From: Octopus vulgaris
Lineage: Eukaryota
Length of the DNA: 64,000 nucleotides
Reading direction: 5' to 3'
Assembly (NCBI GenBank): GCA_951406725.2
Contig: OX597821.1
Span: forward strand, 96,410,001-96,474,000
Each line of letters begins with the position of its first letter. Within the stretch, counting starts at the first letter, position 1. This document shows positions 26,747 through 41,715 of this stretch, one piece after another. A program made the position numbers and the translations under genes. Below the pieces are notes generated by a model. The model ran no database searches. It was given only the letters and a program-made list of their open reading frames with translations, and was not told the DNA's origin.

Positions 26747-27103
26747 TCATAAATGAGGGTGACAAATTAGATATTAATTTAATAATACTATCAGTTTAAC
26801 ACCAAGTGGCCTAGCACGTAAAAACCAGGGAGATTAATGCTGAACAATTGTTTCTTTATCAATATAATATGCAATTATGCTCACATATTTATCTATAAGT
26901 CAACGGCATCATTTGTCCTCGATACAATTTATCAGACCCTGATAATTGTTCAGCATTAATCTATCTTTTCGTTGTATTTCGATTTCCTTACGTTGAAGGT
27001 AATGTTATTTTTTTTGTGAAAACAACTTCGATGGCTATACCAGAATAAGGAGCTATTTCTAGCACTAGAGTTAACCACTTAACGTTAACTCTCTTATATT
27101 TAC

Positions 27104-27158
<55 letters not shown>

Positions 27159-27669
27159 CATATATATATATATATATTATATCTACACACATGTTTCTAA
27201 GTGTCTCTGTGTGTGTATGCATCAACATACAGGCACACACCTATGTAAGAATATTCATATACATACATATATGCATACGCGTTTATACATAAACATGAAC
27301 TTTGATATGGAACGCACATATAAACACCCTAGGACACAAGTGCGCCCTCCTGCTCGCGCACGCGTACACAGGATGAGATATTAGACCTTGAGTAACTTAC
27401 GTAACTTCCCGACGATTAAAAAAAATTGATTAAGAAATATGTGTTCTACGTTGTAAGTTCTATTTTAACTAAACATTCGTACACGCCTGTGTGTTTGTGC
27501 ATGGGCCCGTTTTAACATGCTCCTTCGCGCGCGCGCGCGCGTGTGTGTGTGCGTGCGCGCGTGTATATTCCGTAACAGAATCCAATATAGTAGACAATGT
27601 CCCTTTTTACGTTCTGTATTACAATATCGTTCTTAATGGAATATTTGGTTACGATAGGTAAAAGATGTT

Positions 27670-27827
27670 GAGTGGCTGTGTGGTAAGTAGCTTGTTTACC
27701 AAACACATGGTTCCGGGTTCAGTCCCACTGCGTGGCACCTTGGGCAAGTGTCTTCTACTATAGCCTCGGGCCGACCAAAGCCTTGTGAGTGGATTTGGTA
27801 GACGAAAACTGAAAGAAGCCCGTCGTA

Positions 27828-27903
<76 letters not shown>

Positions 27904-28127
27904 CGTGTGTGTGTTTGTGTGTCTGTATTTGTCCCCCTAGCATTGCTTGACAACCGATGCTGGTGTGCTTATGTCCCCGTTACTTAGCGGTTCGGCAAAA
28001 GAGACCGATAGAATAAGTACTGGGCTTACACAAGAATAAATCCCGGGGTCGAGTTGCTCGATTAAAGGCGGTGCTCCAGCATGGCCGCAGTCAAATGACT
28101 GAAACAAGTAAAAAAGAGTAAAAGAGT
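27670..28127 (+). mobile_element. SINE family A, near full length
   Basis: Near-identical to 15122-15546. Confidence 0.93.
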
Positions 28128-28429
28128 GTTAGTGATAAGGCTCAACGCAGTATCGAACATGCTTTACAGCATTTGAACACTAGGAGCCTACCTCCATTCT
28201 ACCGTACAGCGCTGGCACACTTGAGTGAGTAAGTAAAATAGAAGTAGACAACAGTTGGAGCGATGGGAAAGCAAATGTGAATTCGAGCCAACCAGTCGAT
28301 AACCAAAAACGACTATAGACCGTTGGAGCTAGATACCGATGTTTTGGGTTTTTGGAACGAGTTCAATTCGAAGAGACGGAACAAAAGTTGGCTAGAGGTT
28401 GAGAAGGTTTTCTAGTGATGATGATGATG

Positions 28430-28483
<54 letters not shown>

Positions 28484-29334
28484 GATAAGATAATATTAGT
28501 GATATACTTTTGAATGGGAGCTGTAGAAGAAAAGGGTTAAGTCGTAGTTAAAATTAAAAAAAACTAGAAGCGAGCTGTGCGAGGTATAGTACAGAATGTG
28601 GGTGTTTGTGATGAAAACTAAAGAGAAGAAAGAAATCTCTGTCGGAAACGTCAAGAGAATGGGAAAATACCGTAAAGAAAATGTTGAAAACTGCCAAGAA
28701 TAGAGCAAATAAATAAATGAGGTAAAGGTTCGATATGGTCGTTGCCGGTGTTGCTGTTGTTGTTGCTGTCGTTGTTGTTACTTAGTGGTGGTGGTGGTGG
28801 TGGTTGTGGTAGTGGTAGTAGTCGTAGTGTTGGTGTAGTAGATATGTTGTTGCTGCTAATTCGATACTGAAGAGACGGACATAAACAAGCAACCAGAAAC
28901 ATTAAACAGACTATTATTATCGTGAGTTTGTTACATCTCTTTACATTCTGAATTCAAACCTACTGCGATCAATTTTGTCTTTCAATTTGCTAGATTGGTA
29001 AAATGAATCACCGTCTTGCAAATTAAAAATAAATGTATATATTTATGGGAGCCACGTTAAGTAAGCTGGTAGCATAGATTGAAAGGAATCACGTATATAT
29101 GATCGTACGATTGGACAACTCAAAAAGACATCAGTGAAATGAAATTTTCATCTTTGTTGGATAAAGGAAAAGACGAGCGATTTTCATTATTGACTCCTAA
29201 ACAAAAGGGGAGATAGTTCAATAAACTAAGAATTATTCTAGCTCCAGTCAAGTACTACTTCAATCATTCAGTCAACTACACCCAACATCCTTTGTGTCTA
29301 TGTTAGAAATCATTAATACTACAAATTATGACAT

Positions 29335-29550
29335 GGCGGCGAGATGGTAGAGACGTTTGCACGCTGGGCAAAATGCTCAGCAAGATTTGGTGTATCTTTA
29401 TGCTCTAAGTTCAAATTCCTCAGAGGTCGACTTTGTCTTTCATCCTTCCGAGCTCGATAAAATAAGTATTAGATGAGCATTCGGGTCGAGGTAATCGACT
29501 AACCCCCTCCTCCGAAAAATTACTGTCCCTGTGCTAAAATTTGAAACCAA
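29335..29550 (+). mobile_element. SINE family B copy
   Basis: ggcggcgagatggtagagacg...agttcaaattcctcagaggtcgactttgtctttcatcc. Confidence 0.85.
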
Positions 29551-30213
29551 TATTACAAATATGACAGACATAACATTTAACCAGAAGAAATCTGTGGGCT
29601 TTTAACAGAAGAAATCTGGCGTTGAAAGGTAAGCACCTATAAACAAGTGATCTCCGTGGCACCTAAGGCCTGGTTAAATTACTTGAGATATCTTTGGAGT
29701 TCGAATCTCCAAGTGGAGAAGAGCTGGATCGAAGATAGTACCACTCAGAAATGGGCCGAGTAAAGCTGTTTCGAAAAGACAGCATGATGGTATTCAATGC
29801 GTGATAGCCATAAGTTGACCAGAGAAGAGGAAAAAATTGAACTCTAACTCGTAATTAGGCCACTCTCCTGTCAGTACTCGCTCAATGGGATACAAATGTA
29901 CTTGTTTACTGATGCATGTATAGTACAGAGGCAGAGATTACCTCAAAGGAATGCCAGTACGGCATTTGTTTGTTCAGAAGGTTTTCCCTCAGCTTGTGTA
30001 CGTGACCGAATTGGTATCTCAGATAAACGGTAGAGTGGAATCTAGAGTGACACTTTAGGTATTCATAATACTCTATCAGCTATAAAAACAACCCTTACAT
30101 TCTGTAGTTGGTTAGTGAAGACTATGAATGCTATTTGTTTAGAAGTTACTGTCGGTGTCGATGAATACATGTATATCGAGCAGATCCTATCGGTAAGACT
30201 TTCAGCTTTAATA

Positions 30214-30421
30214 CAGGGTGTTCATAAATTATCATTACAATTTCCTCAGTTTATTGTATTGTGCAGATGTGTTGTGTGCAACTAATGGAGCCCACTCTGA
30301 AGTGTTCTGATGTTTGTAATAAAACTATATTTGTTTTGCTATAAACTCTGATGAGCTATCCTTATTTTTCATCATTTTTCCTGAGATTTTCTGATTGTAA
30401 AGCTAATTCATGGACACTCTG
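30214..30421. mobile_element. Tc1/mariner-type MITE
   Basis: TA-cagggtgttcataaattatcattacaa...ttgtaaagctaattcatggacactctg-TA; 27-bp imperfect TIRs with TA target duplication. Confidence 0.78.
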
Positions 30422-31315
30422 TATTATGAACAACTTCCAGAAAACTTAAGGCAAGCATTAGCACTGAAGCGTATTGTTATTTTGTAACGAGCAGAACAGG
30501 CAAAGCAGCTGGAATAGCGCAATGTTTCTGGGTAAATTTGCCCAAGAATTTCTTGGTGCGGTGCAGATGAAACTATCCATGATAATTCTCAACTGTTTCC
30601 AATTCATCTGTTTATGACCCTAAATTGAACGGTTACTGGATCACGTAAACTGGATCCAGTTGTAACCCGAGTCCATAGTTAAACTTTGTCATCATTTACT
30701 TTTAACAAGGGAGAATTTTAGCGCCTGGTAGACAGTACTAAGGAAATAGTGCTGGATGAGTCTTACTAGTTTCAGGGTGAACCTTTTTTTTTTTTTGCTT
30801 TCAAACAAATCTCTCATTATTTTCATTTAGTGTCATTTAATTTGAAAAGTAAGGGTGGAAAAATAAGTTCTCACTACCCGTAAATTTATTAAAGACATTT
30901 TTGTTGTAGACTGATATCTGAGAGAAGAAATTTAATCCTTTATTGAGTGCAAGCGGAGTCATCCATGTGCAGTACTGCTTTACTCCTCATCTGGAATATC
31001 CTTGCATTTATACAGTCATAGTGTTATTATTCAATTGTAATTTCATTTTAACACGTGATGTGGCTCTTTCAGTCTTTATGTATTTCTACTTCATATGTGT
31101 AACATTTCTTCTTTTATTGCCCTTCTTGCAAAAACTAGAGGGCAGTATAATACAACAGAAAAATGTGTAACTCCTGTCGGATTATGTTCCTTTTCGTCCA
31201 GAGTTAAATACTTGCAAGTTCCGATATAGTCTTTCATCCTCATAGACCGATAAAATATATACTAGCAATATCTTGGAAAGTGATTCAATAGTCTACCACC
31301 TTCTGTCAATGTTAT

Positions 31316-31400
<85 letters not shown>

Positions 31401-31412
31401 CAGCAGCAGCAC
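31316..31412. repeat. (TAG)n(CAG)n microsatellite
   Basis: Directly visible. Confidence 0.96.
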
Positions 31413-32625
31413 CATCACCACCAACAACAACACTGGCAAATATAGGTAGGGAGAATAGAAGTGAAAAAAAAAATCAAATTGAAAACTAGCTACTGGATTA
31501 AACCATTAACTAGGTGGATTTATTGTCATGAAAGTATACTATTAATCGGTATTTAAATAGGATAAAGAGAGATTATGTCTGATGAATGACATTTTTATAA
31601 GTATATCACAGAGCAAAGCTACAGCTGATCGAATAAGCAAACGTCGGAGTACAAACCGGGCAGTTAGACGTTCCTGTACTCCAAACAAAACCCTTCACGT
31701 CCATTTCATTGCGAATAGGTTCCATACTGAGCCAAGGTTTATCGCGCTGCCTTCAGTAGGTACCGCATGTGGATACCATTCATTTTGGTGTAGATATAGG
31801 TATTGTATCTCAAACTATAAAGAGTACAACATGAGTACAACATGAGGATTTCCAATGGGCAACATGATGAGTACTTAATATTCTAAGTGATATTTATAAT
31901 AAAGCTTTCAAAGTAAAATATAATCTTTTGAGATGGGCTGATATAAAAAAAAAATTTCAACGTTATTTCAAAACTGGTACTTATTTCAACCTGTTCATGA
32001 GAATCGAAATGCAAAATCGACCCCAGTAGGATTGAAACTAAAATCATGAATAGGTTCTACCATCGACCACATTAATAAATAATTGTAATATTTTCATTGC
32101 TGGGTCACGAAGACTCATACAAAAATTACTAACGTGTCATGTAACAGGGTAACAAAGTGATTGGCAATATACATTTTGTAATAAACGGAGAGTAAGACAA
32201 AAAAGTTCATGCTATATATTACTACAGGTTACACATCGAGTAAACATAACAAACCTAATTGTAACAACACACCTAAATAGGACTGTGATGCAGTCCTCTC
32301 GGTGTGATCAGGATACCTCATGTCGCACCCCAACTTCCACTCCGATCAGTCTCTGTAAACTGGGCTCTCTAAAATCGTTATTAAGTGGTTTATATATCTA
32401 TATATATATATAGATAGATATTTGAGTAGTTGAATGAATTATCTTATTAAGGATAATTCGAATTAACCGATGCCTGGGTAGCAAATTCACATCAGAAAAA
32501 ACACGGTTGAATTACGTGCCTAGGGCATAGATTACGTGCTTTCGTGTGGAAATTTGTATGTTTATTTTGAAAATATAAATATATGAAAGAATGGAGCTGA
32601 ACGGCGAATTAACAAAATTCCTTTA

Positions 32626-32708
32626 TTTTCGACATATGTTTCGAAGGCTGCATATTCCTAATTGCGAAGGAATAAGGAGTACATTATGCCGCTTTCTCAT
32701 CAGGAAAA
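32626..32708 (-). ncRNA. Type I hammerhead ribozyme motif (mirror copy)
   Basis: Reverse complement of 32790-32872 with an intact core. Confidence 0.8.
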
Positions 32709-32789
32709 GCAAGGAACTTATGTCAACATCAAAATGTACAAAAAAACTGAGTTCTTTTGTGCATTTTGATGTTGACATAAGTTCCTTGC

Positions 32790-32872
32790 TTTTCCTGATG
32801 AGAAAGCGGCATAATATACTCCTTATTCCTTCGCAATTAGGAATATGCAGCCTTCGAAACATATGTCGAAAA
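32790..32872 (+). ncRNA. Type I hammerhead ribozyme motif with extended stem II
   Basis: ttttc-CTGATGA-gaaagcggcata...tatgcagccttc-GAAAC-atat-GTC-gaaaa. Confidence 0.82.
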
Positions 32873-33076
32873 TAAAGGAATTTTGTTAATTCGCCGTTCA
32901 GCTCCATTCTTTCATATATGTATATATATATATATATATATAATACAGGCACAAACAGCTATATGACTCTGTAATACTTTCTTGGGATAATTATATTTTT
33001 TCAGGGCGAAAGCTGTAGCCTTTGGTTTTCAATTAAAAGCATACATATAATATGTTATATTGATAATACACACAGA

Positions 33077-33119
<43 letters not shown>

Positions 33120-33936
33120 ACACACACACACATGTATGTATGTCTGCGTGTGTGTTTGCCAGCTTGATCGATTTTCAAATCAAAAGTCTTTCCAGTCATG
33201 GTCATTCCCTCTTTTGCATAGGCACAATGAATCCAGGACCTTTCTTAAGTGCCTTCTTTTTCTAAGAATATCGATTGTAGTTTGGAGTATATTTCATTTT
33301 TATTTCTACTCATTTTGAGCGGCCGCATCACGATGAAACAATTTGATATTTTGTTGCGCTAACATACTAAATAGAGACTTCGTGGAGTGTCGGACAAATT
33401 TCTGGTAACTTAATTTGATATACTAAATATATCCGATGCCTCACTAGCTTAGAATATTATACTCCATATTTAGTTGATCACTCACTGACATATAGCCAGC
33501 TTGAAGGGGAATGTTCTAGTAGATCTTAAAGAGAAAAGGAAAGAGGGGAATAATGAAAGAATATTCTAGGTTGAAGGGTATATTAAACACTTATTATTGT
33601 TATGTGGAACGTGAAATCGCAGATGAATAAAGAGGGGCAGGTATAATTTATATGTATAAGTGTGTGTAGGGCTGGATAATGATGATGATGATAATGATGA
33701 TGATGATGATGAAAAAAAAGAAAGAAAAATATGATTAATGAAAGAGATGATAAAAGAAAGAAAAAGAAAGATACAGAATAAAACAAAAGTAATACTTTGA
33801 TTTGGGAATGTCACAATATTTCGAGGTAAGTGCATAGAATAATTGGTTCTTGAAATAACAAAGAATTGGTAGCATTTGTCAAGAATTATATGTGAAAATA
33901 TATTTCTGTCTGTCTGCCTGCCTGTCTGTCTCTCCC

Positions 33937-33979
<43 letters not shown>

Positions 33980-34525
33980 CTATCTACCTATCTATCTATC
34001 TTATTGGTGTGTGTATTTGTTTATGTGTTTATAACTATGCGTTTAATATTATTGAGAGTTTCGTGCCAACTGGCTTTGGTAACATTCGTCATTTTAAAAG
34101 AATCATACATTTAGTTATGTTACAAACGCCATTTTCTATGGGAGATGAATCAGTTCCCTGGATAGGAAAAATTGGCTTCCCAGAAAGTTATTTGTTTTAC
34201 TATGGGAAGAACCAATGTGAACTAACAGTGCAAGTCGATAAATTAATTTTCATTTCTATGATGCTGTCAGAACTGCTACGTGCAGCGGGTGTTAATTTAT
34301 AGCACTGCAACATACCTACGTAAAACTAGGTATTGGTATCGATATTCTATATAAACTACAATGTAGGGAAACTCTTATAAGTCACGCTTCTTGGCCCAGT
34401 GTATAACATAAACTTAAATACATTCTCTGAATAAAAGTCGAGAATATCATGGCTAGAACGGTTTTGATCATTACCGACAATGACAATAGCTCCATATTCT
34501 TCTCGCTCTATATTATATCTTTTCT

Positions 34526-34715
34526 GAAGGCGGTGAGGACAACATCCTTAGCGGTATTTCTTTCGTCTTTTTGTTCTGAGTTCAAATTTCGCCGAGGTCG
34601 GCATTTCCTGTAATCCTTTCAGGATCAATAAAATAAGATGTCAGTCAAGTACTGGGATTGATGCAATCCGCTAAATCCTTCCCACAAAAAATTTCAGGCT
34701 TGTTCCTATAGAAAT
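34526..34715 (+). mobile_element. SINE family B, degraded
   Basis: cttagcggtatttc...gttctgagttcaaatttcgccgaggtcg. Confidence 0.8.
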
Positions 34716-35356
34716 AATATTACATGTTCGCTTGCAAGGAAAGATTACGTATTTGAAACGTTAGATTCTACCACTCTTCATCGCAAAGCAACACATTGTA
34801 TTCTTACACTAGATACCACATATGGTAGTAATAGCACCGTTGAAAACAACTGTAGTATACAGCTATGGTATTATGTCTTGTACTCAAATATATTACAATA
34901 AAACATAATCTATAGCTGTTAATAAAACATCAGGCGTCAATGATATTTTTATATAATTCTACATTATGCTATGGCTACGATGACGTATCAGATAGTGATG
35001 ACAAGTCTATAAACTATATTTGCTATAGTTGACACGGTATTTGAAGCACCTTCAAATACACCGTGTCCCGTAAAGGCAGTATCTACTTAACAAAAGGGCT
35101 GCAAGTTTCATTATTGTTAAATCCTTGCAACTTTAAAATTCTCGTTCGACGATATCCCAGAACCTATTTTTTATGTTCACCTTTCTACTTTCTACGCTCC
35201 CGTCACTACACAGCAACCATGCTAGAGGCGCTGCCTCGAGGAATTTTAACTGAAAAGTCGACACCAGTACTTATTTTTTTAAGTATGGTATTTATTTTAA
35301 CGGTCTTTTGCCGTACCGCCAGACTGGCAAACACAGAGGATGAAACACACACACAC

Positions 35357-35397
<41 letters not shown>

Positions 35398-35541
35398 GTA
35401 AATGAAAGGTGGAAGATGGAATATACAAGAATTTATTATTAATAACAATTGTTTCGTATATTTACCATATCAATAACGAGCACTGTGGAAGTGACTGTGC
35501 TTTAACGTAAGCTAAGAGGTGTAAACCATTCGTTATATATA

Positions 35542-35593
<52 letters not shown>

Positions 35594-36517
35594 CATGCAT
35601 ACGACTGGCTTCCACACAACTTTGCCCACATCACCACGGACTAGACCAGAGACCGAAACCACATGATTGCAAAGTTAACTTCTTAACGACATTGCAAGAC
35701 CTGTCACACATTTCGCCATGTACTTCTCACAGCGTCATTATCTATTGAAGTGCTCCCCCATCTCCGTGGCTGGAATCTGTGGAAGTTCCATCTAACAAAT
35801 AACTCTACATATTTCCCATGCCCATCTTTTCCTCTTTTTAAGGAGCTGACAGTGCTGTGGTCAAACTCAAAATGTTTAGAAACAAAAATTATGAAATTTT
35901 CTGTACACGGTAAATTTCTAATTTTAGCAGGAAGAAATAATATATTTTACAAATACTTTTTTTACAGTATTACAACCACTATTACAGTAATCCTGTATTT
36001 GTACTTTTAAAGCAAAGCAGATGCAAAAAAAATAACGAGAACTTAAGGTAATTTGGTTGTATGGATATCTAAGTAAGCTGTCAAGCTATTGAAAAGCTTT
36101 TAGCTGAGCGATCTATTGGAGGCAAAGTTGACAATTATATGAACATTCTTTCAGCGCATTTCCGGTGAAACCTGTAATATTGTAAATGCATTGCTCTTCC
36201 TCATGATTGTGCTGGAAATAGAAATAGCTGAATGTCAGGATTCTCGGCAGACATGTGTCAAGGTGAAGAAACCTTTGAAATTTAGCTCATGTAATCACAT
36301 TTTCAGTAATAATATATCCTATCTGTTAAAGATATTATTGCTATTCTAGTCGAGGCTTTTATAATAATGCTTTCTTTTTTTTTTGTTTTGTTTTTCTGAA
36401 ACCGACTTGTTACGTCTTTCCTTACCCGTATATTTCCACATAATCTAAGACTCCCATATTAAGCAATAAAAACAGTTTAATTTAAGTTGGTATTTTAATA
36501 ATACATTGGCGATGATA

Positions 36518-36860
36518 GGGTGGTGAGCTGGCTGAATCGTTAGCACGCCTGAGAAAGTGCTTAACGGCGTCTTGTCCTATATTGCGTTTTGAGTTCAAAT
36601 TCAACTGAGGTCAAATTTGCCTTACATCCTTTCGGGGTCGATAAAAACAAGTACCAGTCGAGCACCAGAGTCCCAAAATGTTACTAGTCTTGTGCCAATA
36701 TCATCATCTTCATTATTATTATTATTATTATTATTATTACTTTTTTTTTCTTCTTTCAAATTTGCTTCCATTTCTTGCCGAGTGTCTTCCCGACTCCTAG
36801 GGCAAAGAAACTCATAGTATACATTGGTAGGCCATTAAACCAAACTCAGTAGTTCGTTCA

Positions 36861-36915
<55 letters not shown>

Positions 36916-37005
36916 GTTATTATTATTATTATTATTATTATTGTTATTATTATTATTATTATTGTTATTATTATTATTATCATCATTATTGTTATTATTA
37001 TTATT

Positions 37006-37037
<32 letters not shown>

Positions 37038-37230
37038 TATTAAGGTTGCAAGCTGGCAGAGTCGTTAGCACGCCGGGCGGCATGTTTAGCGGCATTTCTG
37101 TTTTTACGTTCTGAGTTTAAATTCTGCCTAAGTCGACTTTGCTTTCATCCTTTCGGGGTCAATAAATTAAGTACCAGTGAAACACTAGGGTCGATGTAAT
37201 CGACGAGTTCCCTCAAAATTTTAGAAACAA
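36518..37230 (+). mobile_element. Two SINE family B copies separated by (TTA)n/(CAT)n tracts and a unique island
   Basis: Copies at about 36518-36700 and 37042-37230; microsatellite at 36866-37040. Confidence 0.8.
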
Positions 37231-37852
37231 ATTCCATCCCCTAGACCTGGAAAAACTGAACACTAGCTAGCTTCCTAGCCCGCATACAAAAGAAGCAACT
37301 ACCAATAAGAGTATATTAGTATGTGTTTACAAATACTTTCTCCAAACACTTGTAGAATTTATTTTGCCATGTGATTTCAAATGTGACAGACAGTTATGAG
37401 AAAAATGCAAATCGATCGGATATTATTGTCATAGAACATAAAAAAAAAAAAAAAGAGACATGTATGCGAATTGATGCAACAATTTAAACATAGAACGATT
37501 TATCTCGAAAGGAAATGAGGAAATTGTTCTAGAATAGAGATCTTGAAGTAAAGATAATGGCAATTTGGTGATTTAGAATAGAAATAATCTCAATAATAAT
37601 AGGTGTACTGGGAATGATTAAACATAATGCAGAAGAAATACATAACCAAAAACACGGGAATTACAAACATATACACAAACATATTACAAACATATACACA
37701 ACATACGTATAGTGTCACCACCAGTGATTGCGCACATAAAGTACATTATGTCGATACATTAGAAAACACGCACACTGTACACTGAAGAAACGCTTCAAAA
37801 ATATGATTACTTTTATAGACATAAACATGAAAAAAGAAAAAAAAACAATAAC

Positions 37853-37892
<40 letters not shown>

Positions 37893-38169
37893 GCAAAGGT
37901 GGTGGTGGTGATGATGATATTGTTGTTGCCTTTTATAGTTTGAAGGGCGACAGACTGGAGGAGATTACAAGGAGAAATTACCGAATGGTAGGGTCTTTAC
38001 GTTGAGCATGGAAACCGTAGGTACATAATAAAATAGTTTGACATCAAAGCTTATAATTCTTTTAGTGATTACAATGAAAAAAAAAAAAACTCGTAAGTCT
38101 TTTATGTTCACTTTCTTGAAAATACTCTCGTTCGTTTTATGGATATCAAACACTGGAAGATAGCAAACA

Positions 38170-38620
<451 letters not shown>

Positions 38621-40033
38621 TGGTTGTATCAGCATTTTTATTTTGCACTCGAGATAGACTTGCAATAAACATAGCTTCTAATCTAATGGGTGTCTTATTG
38701 CCTACAGAATGTGTGTGTGTGTGTTTGCGAGCGCGCCTGCATGCGGGTGTGCGTGTGTATGCATTATACACAGACACATATTTACACGCACACGCGCGCA
38801 CACACACACACGTGTATATGTACGTGACTTAAAAGTTCTACCTTAAAATCTCGACGAACACCGAATATGTTCCTAACACAATCGCCAGCTCATACACACA
38901 CACACAAGTATATACATAGACACACAGCCACATACACAAACACACAAGTACATGCATGGTCACACGCACACATATGTACTTATATAGACACATATACATG
39001 CAAACACAAACTCATATGCACATACACACACGTTTCACCTGCATCAGTCGATCTGCATTATTGTTTCCAGTTAGGCATATTGTAACATAGGAACATACAT
39101 CAATTAAAGAAAGAATGGTATATATTTCTAAGCCATGCTCGCTTAATCCATCCGTCTCTCTGTCTGATTATTTATAATGAACACAAGAATTATATGTGAA
39201 CCTCTTCATGCTGGAATATTGCAGTTTGCGGTATTCGGATGCGCTTGTACAGCGCACAGCGAACGATCAGTTATCGTTCCGAGCATGAAACTTGAAGTAG
39301 CTCATTCCTATATTCATTAAATGCTATTTCATCCTCGCAGAATTAAGCGATGTTTTTGCTGATCATAACAACAAGCGAACAGAACGCCCCACACACACAC
39401 TCACACACACACATGTTATATATCAACACGTTATCAACTGAGAAGTTGCTGGACCTGATCCAACAGTCTGGTCAATCCTTGAATATACTGTGGTGCGGTC
39501 GATACGAGTTGCACAAGAGAATATGTTACAACAGTATGCAATTATCAAGCCTTTTTGTTATAAGGTACTCAGCGAAATAGTAATTTAAAGCTTTGATAAT
39601 TGAATTAAGAACAAATACACATAGAATTATCAACACAGAATAACATTTAAGATATTTAAGATGTTTTACAAACGTCAGAAAGATATTGAATGCATATGGG
39701 TGTGTGTATATATGTGTGTGCTTGTTGCGTTTATATTGTATTACATACGTGCGTATAGGTGTGTTTGCATTCACATGAATATATGTGAATACATGGGATG
39801 TGTGTGTGATACTTGTGCTTATGTAATAGTTTATGTGTGTGAGTGTAGAGTTATGCGGGCGAATATGTATAATGTATTACGTAAGTTATTTTTTTCTTTC
39901 TCTCTCAATCACTCTCTTTTCTTCGTTCTTTATGTCGTTTTCTTTCTCTGTAAACGTTTTTGCGTTTCGCGTTTATGTGTTTTTCGTTGCGAGTATGTGT
40001 GTGTATTGTTTGTGTCTTTATGTTGTGTTATGT

Positions 40034-40361
40034 GAAGGCGCGTGGCTTAGTGGTTAGGGCATTCGACTGCTGACGATTGTAAGGTCGTGAGTTCGATTCC
40101 CGGTGATGCATTGTGTCCTTGAGCAAGACACTTTATTTCACGTTGCTGCAGTCCACTCAGCTGGCAAAAATGAGTTGTACCTGTATTTCAAAGGGCCGGC
40201 CTTGTAACACTCTGTGTCACGCTGAATCTCCCTGAGAACTACGTTAGGGGTACACGTGTCTGTGGATTGCTCAGTCACTTACACGTTAATTTCACGAGCA
40301 AGCTGTTCCGTTGATCGTATCAGCTGGGACCCTCATCGGCGTAACCGACGGAGTGCTCCTT
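40034..40361 (+). mobile_element. tRNA-derived CORE-type SINE (variant C2) with TSD
   Basis: A box tggcttagtgg, B box gagttcgattcc, core ccttgagcaagacactt; flanked by duplicated ttatgttgtgttatgt. Confidence 0.92.
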
Positions 40362-40762
40362 TTTATGTTGTGTTATGTATTGTTATTGTGGTGTGTGTGC
40401 GTATGTGTGTGTGTGTGTCGTATTACCCGCAATTCTATGTTCTGTAACGTGTTATGGTGCAGCATGTAGGAGTATTTACTTGTGAGCTTGTGTGTGTGAG
40501 CACGTGTGCGTGCGTTTGTGTTGGTATATGTGAGTATATGAGTGTAAGGCACCTGATCAGATAGACCGATGATCAAAAATTTTTAAACAATACAATCTCG
40601 ACTTTTGCTATATTATGGACAACATGTTCCTCATTTAACTATTTTCTTAACGAAATTGTACTCTCAGAGCGTTTGTCAATGCGCGAGGACGATAAAATAA
40701 ACGGTGGTTACCCAGCATAATTACAGCTTTAAAGCTGAAAATATTTAAAGAATATATATTAT

Positions 40763-40965
40763 AGGAGCGGGCGTGGCTGTATGGTAGAAAGCCTGCTTCT
40801 CAACTACGTGGTCCTGGTTTCAGTCCTACGGCGTGACACCATGGGCAAGTATCTTTTACTATAACCTCGGGCCGACCAAAGCCTTGTGAATAGATTTGGT
40901 AGACGGAAACTGAAAGAAGCCCATCGGTATATATGCGTGGGTGTGTTGTGTGTGAGGGGGTAGTT

Positions 40966-41037
<72 letters not shown>

Positions 41038-41241
41038 GGTCTGTGTCCCTCACTACCGCTTGATAATCAGTGTTGGTGTGCTTACATCTCCGCAATTTAG
41101 CAGTTCGGCAAAATCAACAGGTAGACTTTAAAAAAAAATAAGTCCTGGGGTCGATTTGTTCGACTAAAACCCTTCAATGCGGTGCCCCAACATGGTCGCC
41201 ATCAAATGTCTGAAACAAGCAAAGCATAAAAGATAAAAGAT
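40763..41241 (+). mobile_element. SINE family A, older full-length copy
   Basis: Head, core, internal (TG)n and aaagataaaaga tail are all recognisable. Confidence 0.88.
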
Positions 41242-41633
41242 GCCCAAAGATCGCACTACAGAACTGAATTCGCAACCGCAAGATTACCGGACGAACTTCT
41301 ATATGCCAGCACCAAATGTATTCATCGACATTCTATGTACGCAACACACCAAACAGAAACCTCTAGTATAATAATATACAGTTATGTGCAGTAATCTCTA
41401 TAATCTCTACAGACAAGTATAAATTCTCAAATCAGCCAGTTATTAAACGTAATGCTATACTTACTATATCGCATTAGTCGCATGCCTACTTATCTAGAGT
41501 TCCTTTGCTTGGTATTATAAACAATTTTACCACATACACGCTCATAAATATGTGCGTACGTATGTGTATGTTTATACCTAACATTTTGTTATCTATCCCT
41601 ATATCTCTCTCTTTAACACGTGTAAATTCATTC

Positions 41634-41634
<1 letters not shown>

Positions 41635-41701
<67 letters not shown>

Positions 41702-41715
41702 GTCTGTCTGTCTGT
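41635..41715. repeat. (TCTA)n microsatellite
   Basis: Directly visible. Confidence 0.96.

Larger units (their letters stand above)
32579..32919. mobile_element. Near-perfect 341-bp palindrome (169-bp arms, 3-nt loop), Penelope-like foldback
   Basis: Arms 32579-32747 and 32751-32919 show 3 mismatches by manual comparison; the mirror-image ORFs in the track confirm the symmetry. Confidence 0.93.

Noticed and set aside
32591-32952. Pair of antiparallel, near-identical ORFs
   Set aside because: A direct consequence of the DNA palindrome; no protein motif.
35443-35478. Minus-strand gaaac-aatt-gtt half hammerhead
   Set aside because: The CUGANGA box and stem I are not recoverable.
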